From Hypanus sabinus (Eukaryota): a DNA stretch of 64,000 bases. The notes beneath the pieces were generated by a model. It was not told the origin of the DNA. It worked only from the letters and a program-made list of their open reading frames with translations, and ran no database searches. Made by a program: the position numbers and the translations under genes. Below, in pieces: positions 1-12,935 of this stretch; the first letter of the stretch is position 1; the number at the start of each line of letters is the position of its first letter. The stretch is taken from positions 104,966,001 to 105,030,000 of the forward strand of contig NC_082717.1 in assembly GCF_030144855.1 (NCBI RefSeq). The letters run 5' to 3'.

Positions 1-74
1 TCAAGTTCTGCGGGCTGGATTAAAAAGCTTAACGGGCCGCATATGGCCCCCGGGCCATAGTTTGCCCATGCCTG
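1..74. mobile_element. Terminal part of a hAT (Charlie-like) non-autonomous DNA transposon, truncated by the window edge
   Basis: Ends ...CGGGCCGCATATGGCCCCCGGGCCATAGTTTGCCCATGCCTG, a typical hAT-Charlie terminus, followed by GTATAGAC, which resembles the NTCTAGAN target preference. Confidence 0.65.
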
Positions 75-981
75 GTATAGACTGTTGAGGATATAGCCAA
101 GCTAACACTACCGAAGGTTAATGGGTGGTCTGTTTTTTACCTGCAGTCATTGTCTGGTTCCTCTGTGACAATAATGTTACTTGCAATGTATCAACTGAGG
201 GTTCAATATTGTGCAGACTTTAGCATCTACTGCTATACAACAGGAGGGACACCATGGAAGTGAACAATCTGCAAATGTCAGATTCTGATGCTCTTTTCTA
301 ACACTTTGGAAAGAAGTGTTTAGATGAAGTTCACAAAGGTGGTTTGGCTAAGGGGAATGGCCAGGGAACTGATCTTTGAGATAATTCTACTTCAGTAAAT
401 GTGCTACTTTTTGCATTATTTCATCTGAACTACCATAGTAGACAAATTCCTACTACGTGAAACTGCTCATGAATAACAGTATTATGCAGCAAAAAAATCA
501 AATTCCCCCAGCATGGATTACTTATTCTTTGAAGCAATACAGATTATGATCTACAAAGACCACAGGGCACAAGAAGAATGAACACCAAAGTGTAATCATG
601 ACTTCAACTCACAAATTACATCAAAAATCTGTACTATAGTGCACAAGCCTTGAAAAAAGCAAGTCTTCAAAAAGAAAAACCACTGAGACTAACTAATCAG
701 TTATTCTGTCAAATTGGCCGCAAAGTTTACTCTTAAGGGAAACTTTCAAAGTAATTAATTTGTTGCAAATAATTTCTAATTAATGTGAGGATATGTGAAA
801 TGGTACTTCAATACACGTTAGTTCTCTGATAAAGTGAAAGTAGAAAATACCTAATGAAACATTGAGTTTTCGAATTAAACTTTTTTACATGTTCAAACAC
901 TTCAGTCCTTTACAGGACATACGTCCATACAATGGCCAAAGTTACAAATATTTTCAACAACTTTGAAAATCAGTTCCTTAC

Positions 982-1036
982 CTTTGGTTCTTTAGCTTCC
1001 ATCGTTTCTCTATCAGCACTCAGCAAATGGGATACA
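982..1036 (-). CDS. SENP6/SENP7: SENP6/SENP7-family SUMO protease, coding exon 3 (55 nt; (D)VSHLLSADRETMEAKEPK)
   Basis: Minus strand ttttcattttgcag|TGTATCC...GAACCAAAG|gtaagg. Starts in phase 2, completing GA+T (Asp) with exon 2, and ends in phase 0. Resembles the human SENP6 segment [22 protein letters not shown] (recalled from memory). Confidence 0.8.
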
Positions 1037-1438
1037 CTGCAAAATGAAAAATACATGCCAGTGGAAACTTAAAAATCAGGCAGCTAAAAAGGAAAATAAT
1101 CAAAAAGTCCAAATGACAAAATTAACCCCTTATCTATTATTGAAGGAAGAGACTTCGAATGCATCCACTGAAGACAACCAAGGAAAGTATAACAAGACAG
1201 CTATCATCTTGTCCTCTCCATACAGCTAAGGTAAAAATTGCAACATTTGTCTCCAAAATCACCCCTTTTTTGTAAGTATAACTTGCTTCCACTCTGGCTG
1301 AGTTCAAAGGCGCCTAAAGATTCCAATATGACTACATATCTGCATAAAAAGAGTACATTTGGAGTTGCAGCCTTTTAGATTAAGGCAGCACATTCAGGTC
1401 ACCTAAGCTGGTTCATCATTTAATTCTTCATCTTAGAG

Positions 1439-2144
1439 CAGGGGTCAACGATTTCCCATAGAAAAGAAAACACTGGGAGCCACAAAACCCGTTTGACATT
1501 TAAAATGAAATAACACTGCATACAACCGTTTTTTTTTTGCCTTTATGCTATGTATAAACAAACTATAATGTGTTGCATTTATGAAATTGATGAACTCCTG
1601 CAGAGAAAACGAAATTACATTTCTGCATGCAACAAAAACATTTTGAACTCCGAAAAAAAGACGTTGGGTTGAAGGTTACTCCATAGTTAGCCTACCTTGG
1701 ATCGAAGAATTAAAAGAAAGCGCGCACTGGCGGGTGTCAGGCATTGGCAGTGGTGATGTATATTAATAGTGATAAAAAACACGTTGTAGCGGTGTGCTAC
1801 ACGCAGCGCTAAAATAAAGACACTGCAGTCAAAGGTAACTTTATTCGAACTAAACTGCCTTGATTTAAAGCCTCCCTCAACCCGTCCCCGTGGGTGCGGA
1901 TGCTCCAAAAGACATGTACTCACAAACCCCCGTAGGCTATCTCCCTTTGCCGGAACGCTGGCTAATTGTGAGCTGGTTCGGATGTGCCAGGAAATGGGGT
2001 CTCCACAACGTTTTTAGATTGTACAAGATCACCATAATCTTTAAATTTCGAATTACATTTCAAAAATAAACAAACCACGGGGAGCCGCAGCACAGAGATG
2101 AAAGAGGCGCACACGGCTCCGGAGCCGCAGGTTGCCGACCCCTG
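1439..2144. mobile_element. hAT-family non-autonomous DNA transposon with 8-bp TSD
   Basis: Termini CAGGGGTC(AAC)... and ...GTTGCCGACCCCTG; perfect 8-bp TSD TCTTAGAG at 1431-1438 and 2145-2152. Confidence 0.9.
1785..2007 (-). mobile_element. Solo LTR related to the Gypsy element at 9674, nested in the hAT element
   Basis: TG...CA ends; TSD ACGT (1781-1784, 2008-2011); begins TGTAGCGGTGTGCTACAC, nearly the reverse complement of the provirus LTR end; closely similar to 9199-9412. Confidence 0.85.
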
Positions 2145-2834
2145 TCTTAGAGTATTAACTTCATCCCAGTATAGCTTTCCCATTTTGTTATGACTCTAAA
2201 AGTTCAAATTTAACCGGGGAGGTGGGGGGGGGGGGGCTTTGCTAACTGTGGAAGGAAATTATTGTTCAACAGCCAATTTTCAATTCTATTAAAATAAATT
2301 ATTATAATATTATGAGAAACCTTTAGTTTTAAAAAACAGATGATAATCACAGGAAATATCAATCTGCTGGTCCAGCAGGATCCAAGACAAGCTGGTTAAA
2401 TTGAACCTGAAGTTGGCTTGGCAATAGGAGGCATAGGGTGGTGGTGAAAGGATGCCTTTCTGATCTGAAGTCTGTGACTGGTGGTGTACTTCAGCATCCT
2501 TGTTAATTGGAACATATTAATGATATAGTATATTAATATTAATGAATGCAAAGTGTGTGATTCAAAAGTCTGCAAATGACACAAAAAAATGGTGTTATAG
2601 ATAGTGAAGAAGGTTGCCTAAGGATACGGTGGCCTGTACAAGAGGTTACAATGATCCAAAAACAGGAAACTCCCTGCAACACACACGTTGGTTGTCTGTC
2701 TGTCTTTATTCGTATGTAGTTTTTCATTGATTCTATTGCATTTCTGGTCTACTATGAATGCCTGCAAGAAAATGAATCTCAAGGTGACATATTCAATACA
2801 TACTTATATAATAAATTTACTTTGAACACATTCA

Positions 2835-3170
2835 TCTTTTCTGTTCTTCTATTCTTGCCCTGACTAGCACATAGCACCAGGAGTAACTTGGAGATTACTA
2901 CCTTCAATGTGCTACTTTTTGGCCTCTTTCCCATCTCCCTAAACTCACTGTGCAGGACCTCATTCCACTTTCTACTTGGGTCATTGGTGTCAATGTGCGA
3001 CATGACCTCTAGCTGCTCATCATCACTCTTAAGAATGTTCTGTAGCTGCTCTGAGATACCCTCAACACTCGCACCTGGGAGACAACACACCATTCTGGCA
3101 TATCTTCTGTGATCCCAGAATCACCTATCTGTCTCCCTAGCTCTCAGCTCTCCCATCTGTATTGCTCTAG
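2835..3170 (-). mobile_element. CR1 LINE ORF1 fragment (SGNH esterase-like domain)
   Basis: Translation VCCLPGASVEGISEQLQNILK...VMSHIDTND matches the CR1 ORF1p esterase pattern (CxPGA...HxGTND). Confidence 0.75.
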
Positions 3171-3178
3171 CCTTCCAA

Positions 3179-3470
3179 CTACGTAAGAAAATCGGCAGGC
3201 AGGTTGTTCCAAGCATCTTGGAGAACCTGACAAAGTTCTTCAGCAGATTTTGGCTCTCTCACTTGCTTCTGTCTCTCCAGGCAACTCAAGAAACCCTGCA
3301 TCATGTTGAGGTCAGAGTTCTGTGGAAGCCATACCATCAGTTGCAGAACTCCCTGGTCTTTTTTTTTTGCTGAAGATGGTTCTTTATGACCTTTACCATG
3401 CATTGGGGTCATTGTCTTGCTGCAAAATAGTGTTGGGTGGTTGGAATGCATCACCTGGAGTGGTAATAAG
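3179..3470 (-). mobile_element. Tc1-like transposase C-terminal fragment (degenerate)
   Basis: WLPQNSDLN...LERQKQVREPKSAEELCQVLQDAWNNLP corresponds to the Tc1 WPxQSPDLNPIE...W motif region. Confidence 0.75.
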
Positions 3471-6400
3471 AGGCAAATACAATATTGATAGACAGACATA
3501 CTTTATTGATCCCGAGGGAAATTGAGGCTCATTACAGTCGCACCAACCACGAATAGTGTAGAAATGATGAAATGTCCTTTCATCTTAGCTTTGAATGGCC
3601 AATTTCTTACTTAGAAACTGTGGCCTCTGGAACCAAGAAACCTAGTCATAGAAAACATTATCCCCACATCCATTCTGCCAAGCCCAGAAGAATTTTAAAC
3701 ATTTCGCCAGGATCATCTCTCATCCTTTTGAATTCCTAACCATGTTTAATCTTCTCCGTCCCACACAATGGCAGGGCAGGTGTACAAAGGATGGATTCCA
3801 CCAGATTAGAGTCACAGCATTTAGAATCTGAAGGAGTGGAAAAGGATTGGTGTCTACTAATGTAGACAATAAAGGAAACTTAGGTGCAATAGAAATTTTG
3901 GGCATACAGAAACTGAACAAGGAGGAGGAAGAATAAACAAGCCAGTTAGCTTAACTGCAGTGATGAAAATAATTAGAATCCCTTCTCATGGACAGTAAAC
4001 CTTCATTTTGAAGGACATGGATTAACAACAGAAAATCTGTGTTGATTTATTATAAGATGAAGGTAAAGACTAATTTGACTTATTTTTCATATAGATAATA
4101 AGAGAATCAATTACATCTTCCACATGGATTTTAGCAAAGCTTTCAACAAGTGAAAACACAGGAAATACATTGAGGAAGTCAAAACTGGCTCAGTGAAAGG
4201 ATAAATTGAGAGATTAAAAACAAATTGCTAGAAACCTCAACAGGACAGGTTTTATAGATGCCTCTTGTCTGCTATGTTTTTCCAATCATATTCTGTTTTT
4301 TTTTTATTTCAGATTTCTAGTATATCCAATTTTTCTTGATTTTCATTTAATAATTGATGGATTTTTTTGGGACTGGAGCTAGTTACCAAAGAGTTCAGCT
4401 TTGAGTCCCAAACTTCCCCATAAATCTATTACTGATTTAGACCTAGCCTTATGATTGACAGGGAAAAGAGAAGCTTTTGACTGCAAAATGGGCCTTCCAG
4501 ATGAAATTTAACCCAAAGAGATGTGAAGTAATGTATACAAAGACTTGCAAAAAGTCAAGGACAGCTTCTCTCCTGTGTTTTAACTTGCAGATGGGGGAGG
4601 CTGAAACAAAAGGGAATGTCTACAATAAGGGTTCAAATACAAAAATAGAAATGGGAGTAAAATGGGTAATAAAGGAAATTGGAAATGACAAGAACAAAGC
4701 ATTACAAAGCAATCAATAGCGAGAGACACACAAGATCTTGGTGAATTAAATTAAAAGCAATAAAAAGAACTGCAGGACTTGAATTTTAATGTCGGCAAAT
4801 CTGTGATCATCCAATTTGAAAGCACAAGGGCAATTTGAGGATTGAAATTATAGAAACTCATGGACAGAGCAAATTGGTTAGGGATGATGGTCACAGCTTT
4901 CCAGATCACAGAAGCTCTAAGGGTAGAAAGAATAACCACTATTTATAGAATCTAGACCAAAGAAACATTGTCAAAGGACAGAGTCAGCTCTTTCAAGAGT
5001 TAAGTCAATAAACACAACAAAAAGCAGAAAATAGAAAGGTTTGGAATACCCCTGCTACAGCAAATGAAGCCACATTAATTGTTTATCTGAGAAAGAAAAA
5101 TGAAATTATGGATCATAACTCATAATCACTCAGAAGCCTTAATAATGCATCCCATTCCTCTAAAAGTTGTTGCTTTTCCCAAACTCTATGTTGATTAACA
5201 GTCACCTATTTAGTCCACACAAATAGTGTGAAGTCCACTTCTAGATCTGGTGAACAGCACAAAAGCCATGCTACCCTTAGTACAACGAACTGTTCCCACT
5301 TTGAAGGATTCTTCATCTCATATTCCTGACATTTATCACTTATTTATTTATTATTTTGTTTATTCTTTTTTCTTTTTGTATTTGCATAGTTTGTTGCCTT
5401 TTGCATATTGGCTGATTCTCTTGTGTATGGTTTTTAATTGATTCTATTGTGTCTCCCTGTATTTACTATGAATAGCCACAAGGAAACAAATCTTAGTAGT
5501 ATATGGAGACATATATACTTTGATAATAAATTTACTTATAACTTTACTTCATTTTCCCGTATGTTTGACAATTTTTATCTTTAAAGTTTCCAGCAAATCC
5601 CTTGCCACAGATGTTGAGCCAATGGCTCTACAATTATCCAGATTAACAGTGGTTATGCCGTCCATTCTTAAAATCAATGTAACATTTGTCTCTTGGCACA
5701 CATTCACTCAATTAAACCCTAAAATATAATGATTAGGGATATGAACATGATTCCCCAGCTCCCTTATATATTTTGGATACATCCAGCTAGGCCTAACAAT
5801 CTACGTTCCAAATTATTCTATCTATGCTCACTGTTTATACAAGATATCTAGAACGTAGAACATTCCAGCATAGTACAAGCCCTTTAGCCCACAATGTCGT
5901 GTCGACCTTTTAAACCTATGTGCAGATCTAACCCCTTCCTCCCGCATCGCCCTTCATTTTTCTATTATCCAAGTGTCTGCTTTAGAGCTTCTTAAATATT
6001 CCTAATCTATCTACCTCATCGTTTCCCAGTCCTGATGAAGTGTCCCGTACATACAATGTTAACCGAGTCTCCTTCACAGATGCTGCCTGACCTGCTGAGT
6101 GCTTCTTGCATTTTCTGTACTTTGTCTGTGAACTGAACTGATCCTCTTGTCCTGGCTCCACAACCTTACTCAATAAAGTTCTCTTTCTCTCAGTCTCAAC
6201 CGCATTCTCCAGTAAATGGTTTCTTCAGCACTGTGGATAAATGATTTCTAATATCATTCCACAGCCCCACTCCAAATTCAAAGTCCTTTCCTCCTACTCA
6301 AAACCACTGCATCCAAAGGAAACTTATTCTGTCTACTCCAGCAACTTGTTTGGCATCTTTAGCACTTCAATAACCTCAAATCTGATCAATAACTCCACCA

Positions 6401-6756
6401 TGTTCAAAGTAGTACCAAAAAAATGATGCAATCTGCCTTCATAATTTCACCAATTTTGCTCAACTCTCATCTGGTAAATCTTTGCTTTATGCCTCTACAT
6501 CATGTATTCATCACATAGCAAAAAGATCTTTGGGCAGTCACACATCAAACCATCCCACTGAGTACGAACCCATTACCTTACCTGCCAGACCCACCTTAAA
6601 TAACACATTATTCTAGCTTGACCACCATCAGCAGTCCCATGTTGTTAAAGACTATTATGTAAAACTTAGTCTTTTATTCCCCCCATCACCCATACATTTC
6701 TGGCTTTAGGGTGTCACTGGTAATGCCAGCACTAACTGCCTAAACCTATTTGCTTT

Positions 6757-7190
6757 TGAACAGCTATAATCGTTTGATGAAGGTATACCTACAAGCTGTT
6801 TGATAGGAAGTTCCAGGATTTAGAACCAGTGAAAATGAAGAAACTGCAATATACTTCCAAATCAGAACAGTTTTCAACTCTGAGGGGAACCTACAGCAAG
6901 TACTTGCTGCCCTGTCTTTTTTGGTGTCAGAGTACACAGAGGACAAAGCTATCAGTGTGCCTGGGTGAAAAACTGGATGTTGAAGTAAATCATTGTAGAG
7001 TCATAGAAAAGTACAGCACACAAACAGACCCTTCCATCCATCTACTCTGCGCCAAACCATTTGAACAGCCTACTCCCATCGACCTGCACAGCGATCATAG
7101 CCCTCCAAACCTCTACCTATCCAAGCAGAAGCTTCAACAGCTATCAAACAGCTTGTAGGTATACCTTCATCAAACGATTATAGCTGTTCA
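6757..7190. repeat. Perfect 50-bp inverted repeat (6757-6806 / 7141-7190), 334-bp spacer
   Basis: TGAACAGCTATAATCGTTTGATGAAGGTATACCTACAAGCTGTTTGATAG is the exact reverse complement of 7141-7190. Confidence 0.95.
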
Positions 7191-8409
7191 CCTGCAGCAC
7201 TTGCACTGGCAGCTCATTACACACTCTCACCATCCTCTGAGTGAAGCTTCCCCTCATGTTCCCCTTAAACTTTTAACCTTTCACCCTTAACCCATGAATT
7301 CTAGTTGTAATCCCACCCATTCTCAGTGGAAAAAGTTTGCTCACATCTACTCTATCTCTACCCCTCATCATTTTGTATACCTCTATCAAACTCCCCTCAA
7401 ACTTCTATGTTCCAAGGAATAAAGTCACGTGAGCTCAATTCTACTTCTGGTCTAGATGGTGCCCGGGTACAACATTCTCTCAGTCGACATCTTCTAGATA
7501 GATCATGAAACACATATTTCACTTATTTTATGTCTTTTACATTTGTTTTTAAATCTTGAAAGTGATTCTGGAACCGTTGGAGCCTTTGGTTTGCTTCAGT
7601 TTGGAGATCGTTTGGGTGCATCAGTGCTCTGCAGTCTTCAGTGGACTAGGGATGGAACAGTAGGCATTCCTAATCATAGTATAACAGTGGTAGTGTGTGT
7701 TGGGACCCCAAGTGATGTGCTGATGATAATTGGGCAGAGATTTCTTCAAGCAAACCTGATTGAAGCCCCAGCAATGATTTGAAAGGCATCGGGATAGGCT
7801 GCTTTTTGTTTGCTAACTGCGGCACTCAATACATTGAGTGCTGGCTTAACATCTGCCTTTAGTAGTGTGTAGACTGCAGTCAGGATCGTGGAAGAGAATT
7901 ACAAAGTACAAAGTAGAACTGACAGCACTTAATCATGGCCTGGTATGAAAACACCAATGCTCTTGAACAGAAAAGCTTACAAAAGGTAGTGACTGCAGCC
8001 TAATCCATCATGAATAAAGCCTTCCCTATCACTGAACACATCTACAAGGACAGCTGTGGCAAGAAAACAACATCCATTATCACGGACCCCCACCATGCTC
8101 TCGTCTTGCATCAGGAAGGTGGTATAGGAACCTAGCAGCCACACCCCCCCCCGGTTCAGGAAGTTGTTATCCCTCAATAATCAGGCTCCTGATTAAGAGT
8201 GGATAACTTCACTCACCCCAACACTAAACTGATTGCACAACCTAAAGGCTCACCTTCAAGGACTCTACAACTCGTGTCCACAATACTTATCACTATTTTG
8301 TGATATTTTAAAAAAAATTTGTATTTGCACAATTTGTTGTCTTTTGCATATCTCAGTAAATGGTGATATATAGGTACTTTGATAATAAGTTTACTTTGCA
8401 CATCTCCTT

Positions 8410-9520
8410 CTCACTGACAATTAACAGGTGCAACCCAAGATGCATACTTAACCCACTGCTCTATTCTCTATGGTTAAGCACAGCTCTAATGCCATCAATA
8501 CATTTGCTGTTGATACCACTATTGTTGCCAGAATCTCAGATGGTGACAAGGTGTTTAGGAATGAGACATATTGGTTGATTGAGTGGTGTCACGACAACAA
8601 ACTTGAACTCAATGTCATCAAGAGCAAGGAATTCAATAGGGACTTCAATAAATTAAGAGAACATAAACCAGTCCTCATTGAGGGATCAGCAGTACAAAGA
8701 AAGAGCAGCTGTCCTTGAGTTCCTGCACGTGAACATCACAGAGGACCCATCTCAGAACCAACATAGTGATGCAATCACAAAGGCATGCCAGCAGCAATAT
8801 TTCATTAGGAGCTTGAGGAGACAGTATGTCAAACACACTAGGAAATGTCAACAGCTGTACCATGGAAAGCATTCTAACTGGTTGCATCATGCCTGGTATG
8901 GACATTCCAATGAACAGAATTGAAAGAGTCTACAGAGCAACACAGACAAGAGCCACCTCCATCACAGGTACAGGACTCCCCACCATTTAAGACATCTTCA
9001 AAAAGCGGTGCCCGAAAAGGCAGCATTCAGCATTAAGGACGCTTACCACCCAGGGCTTGCTCTCTTCTCATTACCATCAGGAAGGAGGTACAGGAGCCTG
9101 AAGACCCTGAGTCATCACTTTAGGTACAGCTTCTTCCCCTTTGCCATCAGTTTCTGAATGGTCCAGGAACACTACATCACTATTCCTGTTGTGTACTTTG
9201 TAGCGGTGTGCTACACGCAGCGCTAAAATTACGACACGGAGTCGGTAACTGCAGTCGAAGGAAAAACTTTATTCGAAATCCTCAGCCTCACTTTTAAGCC
9301 TCCCTCAACCTGCCCCCCGTGGCGCAGAGGCTCCAAAGCTCTGTGCTCGCAAACCCCCGTAGGCTATCTAATTGTGAGCCGGTTCGGATGTGCCAGGAAA
9401 TGGGTCACCACAACTTTTTATTTTTTAAATTGCAATATAGTAGTTTGTCTATGTCTTCCACCGTACTACCATTACAAAACAACAAATTTCACATCAGTAA
9501 TAATAAACTTGATTCTGATT
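8410..9520 (+). mobile_element. Rex1/Babar-type LINE 3' fragment (RT C-terminus plus tail), interrupted by a solo LTR
   Basis: NPLLYS, FAVDTTIV (FADDT-like), WCHDNKLELNVIKSKE; tail AATAAACTTGATTCTGATT. Confidence 0.75.
9199..9412 (-). mobile_element. Solo LTR (same subfamily as 1785-2007)
   Basis: TGTAGC...CACCACA ends; TSD ACTT at 9195-9198 and 9413-9416. Confidence 0.9.
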
Positions 9521-9673
9521 TGGATGTTAACTCAAATCTTGGTTGTGCTCAGTAGTGCAACACACACAAAATGCTGGAAAAACTAGGCAAGACGGGGAAA
9601 TGAACAGTCAACATTTTGGGTCGAGAACCTAATCAAGACTATAAAGGAAGGCATTCTACAAAAAAAAAGATAC

Positions 9674-9882
9674 TGTGGTGACCCACTTTCTGCGCAGGCA
9701 AACCGGCTCACAAATAGCAAGCGCGCAGGGAGACTTTGGTAATACACCTCTGACGTCATTTCCGCCCGGAGAGGGCGGGCGCCAGGGATTAAATGCCAGC
9801 GCCTCATATTTAGAATAAAATAGTCTCGAAACGACTTACCGACTGCGTGTTATTTCAGTGCTGTGTGTAGCACATCGCTACA
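9674..9882 (+). repeat. 5' LTR of the Gypsy element (209 bp)
   Basis: TGTGGTGACC...GCACATCGCTACA; AATAAA inside; direct repeat of 12936-13149. Confidence 0.95.
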
Positions 9883-9883
9883 T

Positions 9884-9897
9884 TGGTGACCCTGACG
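9884..9897 (+). promoter_or_regulatory. Primer-binding site complementary to the tRNA-Trp 3' end
   Basis: TGGTGACCCTGACG directly after the 5' LTR; the canonical Trp PBS is TGGTGACCCCGACG (one mismatch). Confidence 0.85.
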
Positions 9898-9921
9898 GTC
9901 CAAACGGGATTTGGACCAAAG

Positions 9922-12900
9922 ATGACCGACTCTTCATCTGTTCATGCAGTTTCGTTAAAACCGCCGACTTTCTGGACGCTGCGACCACACGTGTGGTTTA
10001 GCCAAGCAGAAGCCCAGTTCCAGATTCGGCAGATATCCTCTGATTCCACGCGTTACTACCACATGGTGAGCGCCCTTGACCAGGAAACGGCCACCCAGGT
10101 TGTGGATTTCATACAGTCGCCCCCGGAAGAAGGCAAATATGAAGCATTCAAAGCACTGCTCATTGGGACCTTTGGCCTCTCACGGCGTGAGCGGGGTGCC
10201 CGCCTGCTTCACCTGGATGGTTTGGGAGACAGACTGCCGTCAGCATTGATGAACGAGATGCTGTCCCTGGCTGACAGACACAAGCCCTGCCTCATGTTCG
10301 AGCAAGCGTTCCTAGAGCGACTGCCCGAGGACATACATCTGCTGCTGGCCGACGCAGATTTCAGCGACCCCCGGAAGGTGGCGGCCCGGGCAGACGTGCT
10401 GTGGAAAGCCAAGAGGGAGAGCGTGGTGTCCGTCGGTCAGATTACCAGGCCACGTGCCCAAAAGCAGACCAGACCAGGCCCGGCAGAGGGGCACACACAA
10501 CACAGAGGCAGGAGTGAGGAGGACAGTGAACAGTGGTGTTCCTACCACCAGCGGTGGGGCACAAAAGCCCGCCGTTGTCACCCGCCCTGCAAAGGCCAGA
10601 GCCAGGGTCAGCTGCCACTAATGACTATGGCGGCTGGCCACCAGGACAGCCTCTTGTATGTCTGGGACAAACAGTCGGGACGCCACTTCTTGGTCGACAC
10701 CGCAGCGGAGATCAGCATCTTGCCCCCGACAGGGTACGACACCCGTAACGGGAAACCAGGACCCACCCTGAGGGCCGCAAACAGCAGCACGATACAGACC
10801 TACAGCACAGTGCAGCTGCAGTTCGGTGCCAGCCGGTTCACGTGGGACTTCACACTGGCCATGGTGGCCCAACCACTCCTGGGGGCAGACTTCTTGCGAG
10901 CTCACAGCCTGCTGGTCGACTTGCAAGGGAATAGATGGGTACGTGCCGAGACTTTCCAGACATTCTCCCTGGGTGAAGCCAAGTTGCCGGCCCCACACCT
11001 AGACTCCATCATGCTGTTGGACAATGAATTCACCAGAACTCTGGCGGACTTTCCATCGATTCTGGCACCGCGGTTCACGGCAGCCATGCCCAGACACGGG
11101 TACAGCACCACATTCTGACCCAGGGACCACCCCTCCGCGCCCATGCACGAAGGCTCCCCCTGGAAAAACTCCGCCTGGCGAAGGAGGAGTTCAAGAGGAT
11201 GGAGGAATTGGGGATCGTACGGAGGTCCGACAGCCCATGGGCCTCCCCCCTGCACATGGTGCCCAAAGCAGCTGGGGGTTGGAGACCATGCGGCGACTAC
11301 CGCAGACTGAACGACGCTACAACTCCAGACCGCTACCCCGTGCCGCACATACAGGACTTTGCAGCAAACCTACACGGGGCAAGAATCTTTTCCAAAGTAG
11401 ACCTCGTCCAGGGATACCATCAAATCCCGGTGCACCCTGAAGACATCCCCAAAACAGCACTCATCACCCCGTTTGGCCTGTTCGAGTTCCTCCGAATGCC
11501 GTTCAGCCTGAAGAATGCCGCACAGACGTTCCAGCGGCTAATGGACGCTGTGGGATGCAACCTGGACTTTGCGTTCATCTATTTGGACGACATCCAGCAG
11601 TTGTCGTCAGGAGCATCTGTCCCACCTCCGCCAGCTCTACTCCCGCCTGAGTGACTTCGGCCTCACGATCAACCTGGCCAAATGCCCGTTCGGTCTCAAT
11701 ACCATCGACCTCCTGGGCGACAGGATTACCAAAGACGGGGCAACACCTCTGCCCGTCAAGGTAGACGCGATTCGCCACTTTGCCCAGCCCAACACAGTCA
11801 AAGGCCTGCAGGAGTTCGTTGGTTTGGTGAACTTCTACCACCGCTTCCTCCTCTCAGCAGCCCGTATCATGCGCCCTTTGTACACCCTGATGTCGGGTAA
11901 AGGCAAGGACATTACTTGGGACGAGGAGGCCGCGGCCGCTTTCGTTAAAGCCAAGGAAGCCTTGGCAGATGCCGCAATGCTGGTGCACCCCAGAACGGAC
12001 GTTCCAACCGCCCTCACGGTGGACGCATCCGACACAGCAGTCGGTGGGGTGCTGGAGCAGCTCATCAAGGGGTGCTGGCAACCCCTGGCCTACCAGTGTC
12101 CTGAGGAGCACGGCACCTCCTAACTATGGTAGACCGGTTCACGAGGTGGCCAGAGGCAGTCCCGCTCACCGACACATCTGCCGATTCCTGCACCTGAGCA
12201 CTGATCGCAACCTGGGTAGCATGCTTCGGGGTACCGGCCCACATTACCTCCGACAGAAGTGCCCAGTTCACCTCCAGCCTGTGGTCGGCTGTGGCCAGCC
12301 TGTTGGGAACACAGCTACACCACACAACTGCCTACCACCCACAGTTGAACAGACTAGTGGAACGCTTCCACCGTCACTTGAAGTTGGCTCTCATGGCCTG
12401 CCTGAGAGGACCTAACTGGGTGGATGAGCTTCCCGAGGTCCTGCTTGGAATTCGCACAGCACCCAAAGAGGATCTGCACGCTTCGTCGGCCGAGTTGGTG
12501 TACGGCGCGCCCCTGGCTGTCCCGGGAGAGTTCATACCAGCCCCAAGGGGGCAAGAGGAAGAACCCGAAGCTGTCCTGGACAGGCTACGCGATAGGCTCA
12601 GCAACCTGGCCCCTGTACCGACTTCACAGCACGGACAGACCCCGACCCATGTACCCAAAGACCTGTAGAACTGTAAGTTTGTGTTTGTACGAAGGGGCGC
12701 ACACCAGGCACCACTACAGTGGCCGTGCGAGGGGCCATTCAAGGGGATCAACAACAACGGGTCGGTCCACTTACGTTCTGGACATTTGGGGGGAAAGAGG
12801 AGGTTTTCACAGTGGACCGACTCAAACCGGCCCATGTGGACTTGGCGCAGCCGATCGAGATTTCCAGCACCACAGCGCAGAGGCAGACCTCCCAAACAGA
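9922..12900 (+). pseudogene. Gypsy gag-pro-pol remnant (gag, protease, RT, partial RNase H, partial integrase) split across frames
   Basis: ORFs 9883-11118 (gag+PR), 11199-11654 (RT: [12 protein letters not shown]...CGDYRRLN...YLDD), 11569-12123 (RT end, RNase H start VDASD), 12291-12668 (integrase: TAYHPQ...VERFHR), GPF motif near 12730. Confidence 0.9.
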
Positions 12901-12935
12901 GGCTGATCCAGACTGTGGACATTGGGGGGGGGTTA

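Noticed and set aside
138-430. Possible SENP exon 4 (CAG|gtaaaa donor on minus near 140)
   Set aside because: Weak donor, no clear acceptor or recognisable homology, and the surrounding sequence looks like decayed LINE.
9883-11118. 411-aa ORF as a domesticated gag/protease host gene
   Set aside because: It lies inside a provirus with both LTRs and a TSD, the protease motif is altered (DTA), and downstream pol is frameshifted; nothing indicates selection.
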